Shown here in pieces: positions 52,690-64,000 of a stretch of 64,000 nt of DNA; positions within the stretch are counted from its first letter, which is position 1; each line of letters begins with the position of its first letter. The notes below the pieces were generated by a model, which saw nothing but the letters and a program-made list of their open reading frames with translations, did no database searches and was not told the DNA's origin. The position numbers were made by a program, and so were the translations under genes. The stretch lies in the NCBI RefSeq assembly GCF_004010195.1, contig NC_057720.1, positions 28,901,354-28,965,353 of the forward strand, read 5' to 3'. Origin of the DNA: Chiloscyllium plagiosum. Taxonomy: Eukaryota.

Positions 52690-53028
52690 CAATCATATTG
52701 AGAGGCCAATGGCAGAAAAATCTATTGGCAGTGGCAGTAGGGTAGAGCAAAGGTTGATGACGCTACTAAAAAGTGTATACAGACACAAGGAGTAATTACA
52801 AGCTACAATAAAGCCATCTGGTATTCTGCCAGATGTGTTTATGTGAAGTGATTGACAAACCAGAATCTGATGATGTGTACAATGGGACATGGAGGAATGA
52901 AAATACGCCAAGTGCATGGAAACATTCATGTCATCAAATCATCCAAAGCGTTCGCAAAAATTCATATTATTTGTCTCAATAAACTGGCAACTGCTCATTT
53001 TGGGCACGTGGGGAAGCCATGTCAAAAT
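52690..53028 (-). pseudogene. Candidate GREB1-like N-terminal exon (..NFCERFG*..SGRIPDGFIVAC..)
   Basis: Acceptor aatttgtag; RIPDGFIV resembles recalled DVPAGFLL; donor not identified. Confidence 0.45.
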
Positions 53029-53899
53029 CTACAAATTTAAAATGCACAGTATACAATAATGTATTAATTCCATGTACAGAATCAATAGTGCTGGAGAGCC
53101 AGTTCAATCAATTCGCCTGTATGTTGCAGCTATTTTATTTACACTGGACCAGTAAGTGCAAATATATCTGCAACACTGTGACCTTGAACTGGTCATAAAT
53201 CAGTCAGAAGTCAGAAACACAACAGAAACTGCAGCAGGCTATTCAAGAAACAATTGCAAAAATGAATATGAAAGTATGTTTCTCAGAATTGCGGAGAAAA
53301 ATATCTAAGCTCTCTGTTGTGGACAGAAAAATGGAAGTTCAGGAGGAAAGGAAACTAGCTCAGGATTAATCCAAATTTAAGAATAACTTCTCTGAGAGTA
53401 TAAGAGGATTGAGGAGATTTCTCTATTAAACTCACAAAGGTGATGTGCTGAAAGACAAAATAGGGAAGAAGGATGAACTTGATGCTCTGCATCATTCAAT
53501 GAAGATAGTGCTGGTTTACGGGAAGATCTGGAATATCTCTCATGTAAAAGAGATCAGGTTCAGCCGCAGCTACGTATTTGCTGTCTCCTTTCTCAAGAGT
53601 GGAGAAAATTAGAAGAATTGAAGTTGTAAACCTAAAAGCTTCAAAATGAACTCAAAGATCTGAGTGAATGAAACAGCAAATGCAAAGAGGATCCAACCCA
53701 TTCAAAACAATGACAGGAACGAAATCAGTCTGTGGCTACTCTAGAAAAATACTTAGCTGTAGTGCATCAGGATAAGCAAGTTTCAAAACAGCAACTGCAT
53801 TTCATGACAGAAAGTCTTGACAACACCAACAGAAATGACAAAAAATGTGAATGATGACTGTGGAAAGCAATTGCATCCCCAGACAGTATCACCTTTCAG

Positions 53900-55290
53900 A
53901 GAAAATATTAGCAGGAGTAGGCATTTAACTGTTTGAGCCTGCTCTGCCACTCAATATGATCAGGCCTGATTATCCAACTCTGTACCCTGTTCTCGCTTTC
54001 TCCTCATACCTTTTCTACCCTTTAGCCTTAAGATCTACAACCAACTTATTCTTAAAAATATTCTATGTTTTAGCTTCACTCACACGCTGAGGCAGGGAAT
54101 TCGACAGGCTCATCACTCTCGAGGTGAAGAAACTTCTAATCTCAGTCTGAAATGGCCTACCCTATATCGTTAGACTGTGACCCCTTTTTCTGGACTCTCT
54201 GTCATTGGGAACATGCTTCCTGCATTTACCCGATCCAGCCCTGGTAGGATTTTATTGGCTTCTTTGAGATCTCACCTCATTCATCAAAATTTTAGTAGTC
54301 CTAACTGATCCAATCACTTTTCATATGCCATATGAGGAATCATGTAAACCTTTGTTGAACTTCCTTCCTTACCAGAATGACCTTCCTCAGCTAAGAAGAC
54401 CAAAGCTACACACAATACTCCAGTTGTGGTTTCACCAAGGCATCGTACACTTGCAGCAAGTCATCCCTGCTCCTATACTCAATCTTCTTGCTATGGAGCC
54501 CAACATACCATTTGCCTTCACCATCTGTGTGCTTATTTTCAGCAACTGGTGTACCAGAGAACCTAGCAGGCCTTGCACCTTCCTTTTCCCCTATCTATCA
54601 CCATTCAGATAATAACCTGACTTCCTGTTTTTTGCTACCAAAGCAGATAACCTTATATTTATTCACATTATATGGCATCTACCTGGCATTTCTCCACCAA
54701 ACTTCTCTAAATTACACTGAAGCATCTTTGCATCTTCCTCACAGCTCAACCTCCCACTCTTCTTTGTGTCATCTGCAAACATTGAGGAATTATATTTAGT
54801 TCCCTCATCTAAATCAATGTACATTATGAATAGTTGGTGTCCAAGCACCGGTCCCTGTAATACCACACTGGTCACTGATTGCCACTTGAAAAAAAATGAT
54901 TTGTTCCTACTTTTTGTTTTTTGTCTGCCAACGATTCTCAATCTATGTCAATACACTAGCCCAATCCCACATGGTTTAATTTTATATATTAATCTTTTAT
55001 GCATGATCTTATTGTAAGTCTTCTTAACATCCAAGTAAACCACATCCAGTGGCTCCCTTTTATCAGTTCTACTAGTTACATCAAGCAAGATACTTCAAGC
55101 AAGATTTCCCTTTCTCATCATCTTACTGGCCTTAGTCTTCGATTCCTCCTCAGTCATTTTACATACTGAGCTACTGCTCTGGTTTCCAGCCCCCTGCCAC
55201 TCTAGTTTAAAACTTCCCGAGTGCCACCTCCCTGCCAGTTTAAGTAAAACCCTTCCTTCATGCACAGGTTCCACCTGCCCCAGAAGACAT
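53900..55290 (-). mobile_element. Old CR1 LINE
   Basis: ORF 54663-54941 QGPVLGHQLF, SMFADDTK. Confidence 0.85.
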
Positions 55291-55297
55291 CCTAATC

Positions 55298-56078
55298 AAG
55301 TTTTGAGAAGATTTGTGGCTCAGGTTGAGGTTCTGGATGTAAGTTTGCTCGCTGAGCTAGAAGATTTGTTTTCAGATGTTTCATCACCATACTAGTTAAC
55401 ATCATCAGACAGCCTCCGTTGATGGTATGATACATCCACTTTTTATTGATGTGTTTAGGTTTCCTTGGGTTGGTGATGTTATTTCTTGTTCTTCTTCTCT
55501 GGGGTAGGTAAATGGGATCCAAGTCAATGTGTTTGTTGATGGAGACCCAGTTGGAATGCCATGCTTCTCGGAATTCTCATGCATGTCTTTGTTTGGCTTG
55601 TCCTAGGATGGATGTGTTGTCCAGTCAAAGTGATGTCCTTCCTTATCTGTATGTAAGGATACTAGTGATAGTGGGTCATTTTTTTTGTGGCTAGTTGATG
55701 TTCATGTATCCTGGTGGCTAGTTTTCTGCTTGTTCGTCCAATATAGTGTTTGTTACAGTTCTTGCAAAGTAGTTTGTAAATGACATTAGTTTTGTTTGTT
55801 GTCTGTATAGAGTCTTTCAAGTTCATTAGCTTCTGATTTAGGGTGTTGGTGGGTTTGTGGGCTACCATGATGCCAAGAGGTCTGAGTCATCTGACAGTCA
55901 TTTCTGAGATGTCTTTGATGTAGGGGAGTGTGGCTAGGGTTTCTGGATGTGATTTGTCTGCTTCTTTGGGTTTGTTGCTGTGAAATCAGAGGACTATATT
56001 CATTGGGTACCCATTCTTTTTGAATACATTGTATAAGTGATTTTCCTCTGCTCTTCATAGCTCCTCTGTGATGCACAA
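55298..56078 (-). mobile_element. Penelope (Poseidon-like) 3' fragment with GIY-YIG endonuclease
   Basis: NVIYKLLCKNCNKHYIGRTSRKLATRIHEH; same terminus as 35464. Confidence 0.92.
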
Positions 56079-58302
56079 ATTGCTCCATGAGGTTGAGGAG
56101 GCAGCTGGTTTTGCTGCTGGAGCAACTCCTAATGTTCCTCAACAGAGGCTAGGATAGAGCTGCATACATAACTCCCATGATGCTGTGAATGGTGACAGCA
56201 GGGAAATGAGGAAGAAGGGAGTTTCTACAGTATGTTCACAGCTAGCCAAATATTATTAAAGAAAGGGACAGTGAACGTACTTTTTGCAGGAATGGAGACC
56301 AAAGTCAACTGATAAACTATTACCCCGAGTGGCGGTCTGAACAGAACAATCTTCTGCAGGTATATATGGAACTCCATCATCATACTATTGAGAAATAAAA
56401 AAATCTGTTGCTCATCAAACTTAAACAACCTAGCAGTCAGATACTAATAACATCCAAATCGGAGCATTTTAGCTGAAATGTTTGGATCTCTAGCAACCCC
56501 AAGAACAAATTCTATTGATGTATTGGTCTAACATGGCAAGTTGTCAATGTGAGTCATATTTGAACAGCACTGGAGATAATACAAGTCCACTAACTAAATT
56601 ATACCATCTTTATTCTGAAAAAAACTTGTGTTCTCCTGAGGCAGCTGAGATCAGATAGGTACCAGAAATAGCACAAGTCAAGTAACCTCTCTCATGCTGC
56701 AATGTTTACAGGCAGTTGGAACATCACAGAGCAGAAATAGCATCAGAATGTTCAGATTGTTGTTTGGCCACTGTAACGAAATGTGCCATCGGAAATATCA
56801 TTTCATGATTTAAGAATGGACGGGAAGGAATCGGTACAAATGTGTTGTGGGGAATGTGGACAACATGCAAAGTTTGGTAGAGGTTTGAAAACTCATTTAA
56901 TTCTCGAACAGATCTTGCTTTAATTCTTTAATTCAGTATCGCTTCTGTATCCTGTGCCCATTTTTATCATTTACTCAGGTTGGGCAGGTGGAAAGGAGGT
57001 TCAGGCTCGCACAGCAGGTCAGTGTTGACATCTGCAGCATCTGGACCACATCTGTCCCCAGTAAGGGTAAGAATTGCTCAACTCTACACTCATTCGACAG
57101 GATTTAACCACCAAGGAATGATGAGGAGAATGATGAAAAATGGAAACTTAACTGGAGTTCCTACTGCAGATTTGAAGCATCACAATGCAGTGATATTTGC
57201 CAAAAATGAGAGAAACAGGTCAGCTGACCATAACATTCTTCTGTAGATCAAAGTGCTCAAAGTAAACAACATGTGTGTCACACTTTACACATGTAGACAG
57301 TATGCCAAGGTGTTCACGTACATTAGGGTGTGGTTGGAAAGGTATTTTCTTAATTCATGAACTTAGGAATCATTAACTAGGCTATAATTTATTGCCCACC
57401 CCTCACTTGCCAGAGGGTAGTTGTAGGGTTGGAGTCATATGTAGGCCAGGCCAGTTAAGGATGACTGGTTCTTTCCCCTAAAAGACATTAGTGAACCAGA
57501 TGGGCTTTACCAACAATAGTTTACATTGTCTTCACTAGACTCTTAATTCTAGTTTTGCTTTTCTTCAATTTCAATACCACCATATATTTTGAATTTGAAC
57601 CCTAAGTCTCTGAATTAATAGTCCAGTGATAATACCTCAAGGCCATTGCCTCCTTATGTGGTGATATAGTGTGATACAGGCTTTAGGCACCACAGGAACA
57701 GAGAGAACTCAGATTTCTGCTGGTCAGATCTCAGATATTGATCTCGTGCTATGGTGCTCATTTACAATGAGCATGACAGAAAGAGGCCGGCCCGGCAAAG
57801 CAAACATGCATGCATGGAAATGATTGAATACACAAGCAACAGCAGCAGCATGGTCTCCCAAACTGGAAGATGGGTTCTCAAGGGGTTTGAAGGTCAGGAG
57901 AAGTCAGTGGTAAAACTGTAGGTTGCATGGTCATGTTGACAATGGGAGTTTTTGCACATGCAGACTGACACATTGGCTTATGCTTCCAAAGCTGCTCCAA
58001 CTCACACACCTCAGATGTTTATGCAATAGAAAAGATATTACAGGGAACATTGCAGTTAATGCAACTGCTGGTGCTCCTGCTGCTCTCCTCTTGTTCCTTA
58101 CCAGAGGGTCTAGGTAGAGATGTAGTAGCTGCTCCCATTCTGTGCTGAAAGCAGTTTCATAAAACCGCCATTTCGTCTGTCTATCTTGACACCAAACGTA
58201 TACCTGGGGTAGAATAATCTGTTAGACAGAATACATTGATTGCAACAAACACAACAGAAGATATGATAGCTTACCTCATATTGTCAAATACTAACAAGTT
58301 CA

Positions 58303-59740
58303 AGATCATAAAACCCTCAGACAGAGGAGCAAAAGGAGGCCATTCGGTCCATCAATTCTGCTCCACCATTCAATGAGATTATGGTTGATCTGCCAATCCT
58401 CAACTCCACTTTTCTGTCTTTTTCCGAGAACCCTTAATAATGAAAAAGCTGCCTCCATCAGCCCTGAATATACTTAATGACCCAGCCTTGTGGGCGGCAC
58501 GGTGGCACAGTGGTTAGCACTGCTGTCTCACAGCGTCAGAGACCCGGGTTCAATTCCCGCCTCAGGCGACTGACTGTGTGGAGTTTGCACGTTCTCCCCG
58601 TGTCTGCGTGGGTTTCCTCCAGGTGCTCCGGTTTCCTCCCACCATCCAAAGATGTGCAGGGTCAGGTGAATTGGCCATACTAAATTGCCTGTAGTGTTAG
58701 GTAAGGGGTAAATGTAGGGGTATGGGTGGGTTTCGCTTCGGCGGGTCGGTGTGGACTTGTTGGGCCGAAGGGCCTGTTTCCACACTGTAATCTAATCTAA
58801 TCCAATCTAATCTAACCCTTTGTGATAAAGAATTCCACCAATCCAACACTCTCTCAGAGAAGAAATTCCTCCTCATTTCTGTTTAAAATGTGTAATCCAT
58901 TATTCTGAGATGCTGTCCTGCAGTCCTTGACTCTGCCATGAGGGAAAACAACCTTTCCATACCTACTCTGACAAGTCCCCGAAGAATCTTACATGTTTCA
59001 GTAAGGTTGCCCTTTATTCTTTTATATTCCAATAATTACAGCCCCAATCTACTCAACCGCTCCTCGTAAGACAGTCCCTCCATACTTAGTATCAGCCTAG
59101 TCAACCTTCTCGGCACTTCCTCCAATACCGATATTTCTTTATGTAGATAAGAAATCCAAATACTGCTCAGTGTTTCTGCTGTGGTTTGATTAGTGCATTG
59201 TATAGTTTTAGCAAAACCTTTCTATTTGTATGCTCCATTACTTTTGAAATAAATGCCAACATTCCATTTGCCTTCCCTACTACCAACTGAACTAGGATGC
59301 TAGAGTTTTTTTTATGTCATTCATAGATGAGGACTCCCATATCCCTCTGATCTGTAGACTTATTCAGGTCTTTCTCCATTCTCACACATTATCTTCCATC
59401 TGCCAGGTTTTTGCCCACTCACTTATATTCCTCTGCAGACACTTTGTGTCATCTTCATCACTTACCTTCCCACCTATTTTTGTATCATCTGCAAACCTGG
59501 CAATACTACACTCACTTTCCTCATTCAGGTCTTTATCATATATTGCAACTAATCATGGCCCCATCACTGATTCCTATGGCACTCCACTAATTACACATTG
59601 CTATCCTGAAAATGATTTGTACCACCTCTGTCTTCTATTAATTAGCCAATCCAATGTCCATGTTAATATTTCCAACAGTATTGGTTCTTATCTCATTAAG
59701 AACCTGATGAATGGTACCTTATCAAATGCCTTCTTAAATA
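58303..59740 (-). mobile_element. Old CR1 LINE with a SINE insertion
   Basis: Antisense ORF 59314-59784 typical of CR1 RT (SSANL, GTLSNAF). Confidence 0.85.
58492..58816 (+). mobile_element. HE1 SINE (young, full length)
   Basis: Intact head, body and (TCTAA)n tail. Confidence 0.95.
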
Positions 59741-59976
59741 TTCATACAGATTTTCTAATTGCAGAACAATTGACTTGCTTCTAATGCCAGGTTAATATGA
59801 ATTACAGAAAATTCTTTCATTTTTGGAGCTAATCAACTGATAACTCATTTTATGCAGTTTATGATTTCCATCTCAGGAGCCAAATGCTTTAACCAAAAGA
59901 GGATTTTCATCAATACATCATTCTTTCATTATTAACTCTGAGCTCTCAGTACATGGATAATTTAAGAAATGCATTA

Positions 59977-60199
59977 TAGTAGTCCCCCCGTACCCACAGG
60001 GGATATGTTCCAAGATCTACCACAGAAACCTAAAACCCTGGATAGGAGTGAACCCATACGTTTCAATGGGAAATTTACCTTCCAGGCAGCCCACCGGTTC
60101 CTGGTTCCAGAAAGTTCTGTATAATATATTCGGGTCGCAGTAAACTACTGGTAACTGAAACTGTGGAAAACAATTCCGCGGATTCAGGGCCACCCTGTA
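59977..60199. mobile_element. Tigger/MER44-like MITE
   Basis: TA-bounded, imperfect TIR tagtagtcccccc..g / ..ggccaccctg, internal dyads. Confidence 0.5.
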
Positions 60200-62500
60200 C
60201 TTAGTTGTTCACTTCCAATACTTTCAGCCTCTGGCCTTATCTAGTCATAGAGTATCCCCAAAAACCCAAGCTGAATACCAGTTGTGATCAATATAAAGAC
60301 TTCAGGTTGTATGAATAATCAAACCTTTTCTAGAAGCAGCCTTCTGTGGGTCAGAATGATGGCAATACTTTCAATTCTTCAGTTTCTTTCATAAAGCTGT
60401 TCACTGTCTTCATTTACTCTGAAATGGATCAAATAGAGTGCAACAGTCAGTGCAACTCCATTAGAATCAGTGAAACTGTTCTGCAGCCTCAAATTTTACC
60501 CCATTAATCTCATTTTAGAGTCATCAAGTCACAACGGTTTACAGCGTGGAAACAGACTATTCAGTCCAATTCATCCATGTCAGCAGATGTCCTAAATAAA
60601 CCTAGTCCTATTTGGTCCATATCCCTCTAAACGCTTTCCACTCATATAACCATCCAGATGCCTTTTGAATGTTGCATTTGTACCAGCCTCCACCACTTCG
60701 TCTGGCAGCTCATTACATACACATACTACCCTCTACATAAAAAAGTTACCCCTTAGGTCACTTTTATATCATTCCCCCGTTACTTTAAACCTATGCCCTT
60801 TAGTTCTGGACTCCTCCACCCCAGTAAAAAGACCTTGTCTATTCACCCTAACCATGCCTGTCATGATTTTATAAATAGCTATAAGGTCACCCCTCAGCCT
60901 CCGCCACTCCAGGGAAAACAGCCCCAGCCTATTCAGCCTCTCCCTATAGCTCAAACCCTTTAACCCTGGTAACATCCCTGAACCCTTTCAAATTTCACAA
61001 CATCCTTCCTATAGCAGGGACGTCAGAATTGCATGCAGTATTCCAAAAGTAGCCAAACTAATGTGCTGTACTGCTGCAACATGGCCTCCCATCTCCTATA
61101 CTCAATGCACTGACTAATAAAGGAAAGCATACCAAACAACTTCTTCAGTATCCTGTCTACCCGGGGCTTGTATCAGCCTCCTAGTTTGTTCACAGCAAGA
61201 GATGCTGGATACATTGGCCGAGTAAAAACTGTAATCACAGAACCCACGTGCCAGACACAGTGCAAAAAAAAAGCCAGCTGCTAATGTTATTAGCGTAGTG
61301 TAAAAAGTAACAGTTATTTTGGACAGACATACCCCACAACTTTCACACTAAACAAAGGTGAGCCCAGACAGAAAAGCATTGGGTCCTGCTACACAAAGAA
61401 ATTGATGGTAGCATGCTATCAAAATACTTGTTTAGTATCTCCCCCATCTCCTGCGGTTCCACACATAAGCAGCCTTGCCAATCTTTAAGAGGCCCGATTC
61501 TCTCCTTGGTTATCCTTTCGTCCTTAATATATTTGTAGTATCCCTTTGGATTCTCCTTAACCCTATTTGCCAAAACTATGTCATGACCCCTTTCTGCCCT
61601 CCTGATTTCCTTCATAAGTAAACTCCTACTGCCTAGATACTCTTATAGGGATTCATTCAATCCCTGCCGTCTATACCTGACATATACTTCCTTCTTATTC
61701 TTGACCAAAGCCTCAATTTCTCTAGGCATCCTCCACACCTACCAGCCTTGTCTTTCACTGTAACAGGAACATATTACCTCTGCTCTATCCTTATCTCATT
61801 TTTGAAGGCTTTCTATTTTTCAGCTATTCCTTTACCTGCAAACATCCGCCTCCAATCAACTTTTGAAAGTTCTTGTCTAAAACCATCAAAATTGGCCTTC
61901 CTCCAATTTAGAGCTCTTTCCTTTTAGATCCAGTCTATTCTCTTCCATTACTATTTTAAATCTAATAGAATTATGGTCACTGGTCCCAAAGTGCTACCCC
62001 ACTGACACTCTGCCTTATTTTGCAGCTACGTTTTTCACTTCCTCTTGTAGGTACATCCACAAACTGAATTAGAAAAGATTCTTGTGTACGCTGTCATGGA
62101 CCAGGCCAGACCCCTCAAAACATTTCAAGAAGGTAGCCCAGACCCTAACTTTGCTAGTTGTTTTAAGTGTTGTACAGTGGATATTCCAAGAGTAATGCAG
62201 CTGGTCAAGCCACTTAGTTTTAAACAAAACAGAATTTATTTACAAGATTACTGAATGAAACACAAACAACAGAAAACAGAATACCAAACCATCTAACCTC
62301 TCCAAAAACCCAACAGATCATCCCAACTTAACGATGCTGTTCCAAATGATGCTGGCAACAATCCCGATAAACACTCCTTGGCACAAAAGGTAAAATCAAG
62401 CACAAGTTCTTACAGGGTAGATGTCAGAGAGAGACCAGCCTGGACCTGCTTCTTTGGGTCCAGCAGCTCTTTTTTCACACTACTGCTAAACAGAACCAAA

Positions 62501-63117
62501 GATGGAAATGTGTTGCTGGAAAAGCGCAGCAGGTCAGGCAGCATCTAGGGAACAGGTGAATCGACGTTTCGGGCATTAGCCCTTCTTCAGCCGCCGACGA
62601 TGACGTCACCTCCGCCTGCCGCCGCCGCCGATGACGTCACCTCCGCCCCATTACGCACGCGGCCGCTACATCGCCCGCTGCAATACCTGCCGCCGCCGCC
62701 GACGATGATGTCACCTCTGCCCCATTACGCACGCGGCCGCTACATCGCCCGCTGCAATACCTGCCGCCGCCGCCGACGATGACGTCACCTCCGCCCCATT
62801 ACGCACGCGGCCGCTACATCGCCCGCTGCAATACCTGCCGCCGCCGCTGACGATGACGTCACCTCCGCCCCCACCGACTATACCCCCACACTCCGGATTC
62901 CTCAACTGTTCCAGAATCTTCCATCGGCCTCCGAAATCAGTCTGCTCCGAAATCAGTCTGGCGCCATTACGCACGCGGCCGCTACATCACCCGCTGCAAT
63001 ACCTGCCGCCGCCGCCGACGATGACGTCACCTCCGCCCCCACCAACTATACCTGCTGCGCTTTTCCAGCAACACATTTCCATCTCTGATCTCCAGCATCT
63101 GCAGACCTCACTTTCTC
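62501..63117. mobile_element. Young Penelope-like insertion with inverted ends and 15-bp TSD
   Basis: CTAAACAGAACCAAA at 62486-62500 and 63118-63132; perfect 34-bp inverted repeat 62501-62534 / 63050-63083. Confidence 0.9.
62591..63049. repeat. CpG-rich 74-bp tandem repeat
   Basis: TGAYGTCA recurs at 62632, 62706, 62780 and 62854 (period 74), plus 62601 and 63022; GCGGCCGC in each unit. Confidence 0.95.
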
Positions 63118-64000
63118 CTAAACAGAACCAAACCAAACCAGAGAAATGCTGAGTTGGGAGAACTGGCCACTCCCCTTTCATTGTACAAGTGTTTTCTTTT
63201 AACTTGAAAGCCTTCTGCCTGAGGCAGTCTCTGTTAGCTATTATCAAATTGGCCCTAAAACCCTTCACCTCCAGACTTTTCAGAGTCTGTGTCATTTACG
63301 ACCTCCCTGAAAAAAGAAAGCCAAGGGCTGTATAACCTTGTTAAAGGAGCAGCTTTATCACAACACTTAACACATTCCTCTCCATCTAAACCCTTAACAT
63401 GATGGCAGTTCCAGTTTTTATTTAGAAAGTTAAAATTCCCTACCGTAACCACCCTATTATTCTTGCAGATAACTGAGATCTCCTTACAAATTTGTTTCTC
63501 AATTTCCTACTGACTATTGAGGGGTCTAAAGTACAATCCCAATAAGGTGATCATCCCTTTCTTATTTCTCAGTTCCACCCAAATAATTTGCCTGGACTTA
63601 TTCCCTGGATGTATCCTCCCTATATACAGCTGTAATGTTATGCCTTATCAAAAACACCACTTCCCCTCCTATCTTGCTCCCCTTTCTATCCTTCCTATAG
63701 CATCTATACCCTAGAACATTAAATTGCCAGTCCTGTCCATCCCTGAGCCATGTCCCTGTAATTGCTATGATATCCCAGTCCCATAATTCCCAACCATGCC
63801 CTGAGTTTATCTGCCTTGCCAGTTAGGCCTCTTGTATCCAAATAAATGCAGTTTAATTTATCAGTCCTACCTTGTTCCCTGCTTTGCTCTGCCTCCCGAC
63901 TGATTGACTTGCTCCTTTTCCCAGCTGCACCAGTCTCAGACTGATCTCTTTCCTCACTATCTTCCTGGGTCCCACCAACTCACCCACTCTCAATACCCCC

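Larger units (their letters stand above)
1090..53028 (-). pseudogene. Divergent GREB1-family (GREB1/GREB1L-like) multi-exon gene, probably disabled; ends not defined
   Basis: Colinear minus-strand exon chain with AG/GT ends; motifs RIPDGFIV, TFSNHILLK, SSLCSNSVQ, SNYLLNI, GFQARE, IHPFV, LWHSS, NEYSWPA, LLWDMCV, QWT..IHRDSLLL match recalled GREB1 motifs in the same order; several in-frame stops and frameshifts. Confidence 0.7.
62092..63362. mobile_element. Solo LTR (TG...CA) with 4-bp TSD ACGC/ACAC
   Basis: TGTCA start and TCACA end; the CR1 sequence resumes exactly after it; AATAAA on the minus strand near 62235. Confidence 0.75.
60516..64000 (-). mobile_element. CR1 LINE segments (60516-61160 and 61415-64000) interrupted by a solo LTR
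   Basis: ORFs 60769-60975 and 61343-61615; EN-region ORF VTVGNFNF. Confidence 0.88.

Noticed and set aside
14523..58785. Recurrent MWKQALRPNKSTP.. and METGPSAQQVH.. ORFs as a small protein family
   Set aside because: They are reading frames of HE1 SINE copies
62591..63049. CRISPR-like array or Pro/Ala-rich gene
   Set aside because: Units are head-to-tail near-identical with no unique spacers, the context is vertebrate, and the ORFs arise from GC-rich repetition

Overview
Repeat-dense, AT-rich vertebrate genomic DNA. The repeat families (HE1-type tRNA SINEs with CR1/HER1-type tails, SacSINE1/DeuSINE-like SINEs, many CR1 LINEs) point to a shark, probably a carpet or bamboo shark (inference). 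Most listed ORFs are decayed transposon fragments or antisense frames: CR1, Penelope-like elements carrying hammerhead-ribozyme cores, RTE, Gypsy, PIF/Harbinger and MITEs. Between the repeats, a chain of about 15-18 AG...GT-bounded segments on the minus strand (about 53 kb down to 1.1 kb) translates into peptides colinear with the N-terminal and central parts of GREB1/GREB1L. That comparison was made by eye against the human GREB1 sequence as I remember it, not by a search. Identity is far too low for an orthologue, the low-complexity inserts appear absent, and several exons carry stops or frameshifts, so this looks like a divergent, probably pseudogenised GREB1-family paralogue. The window also holds several fold-back or inverted-duplication structures, a 69-bp exact local copy of a young CR1 segment, and a triple-nested insertion (CR1 > solo LTR > Penelope-like element) carrying a CpG-rich 74-bp repeat with TGACGTCA sites. 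There is one 85-nt N gap.
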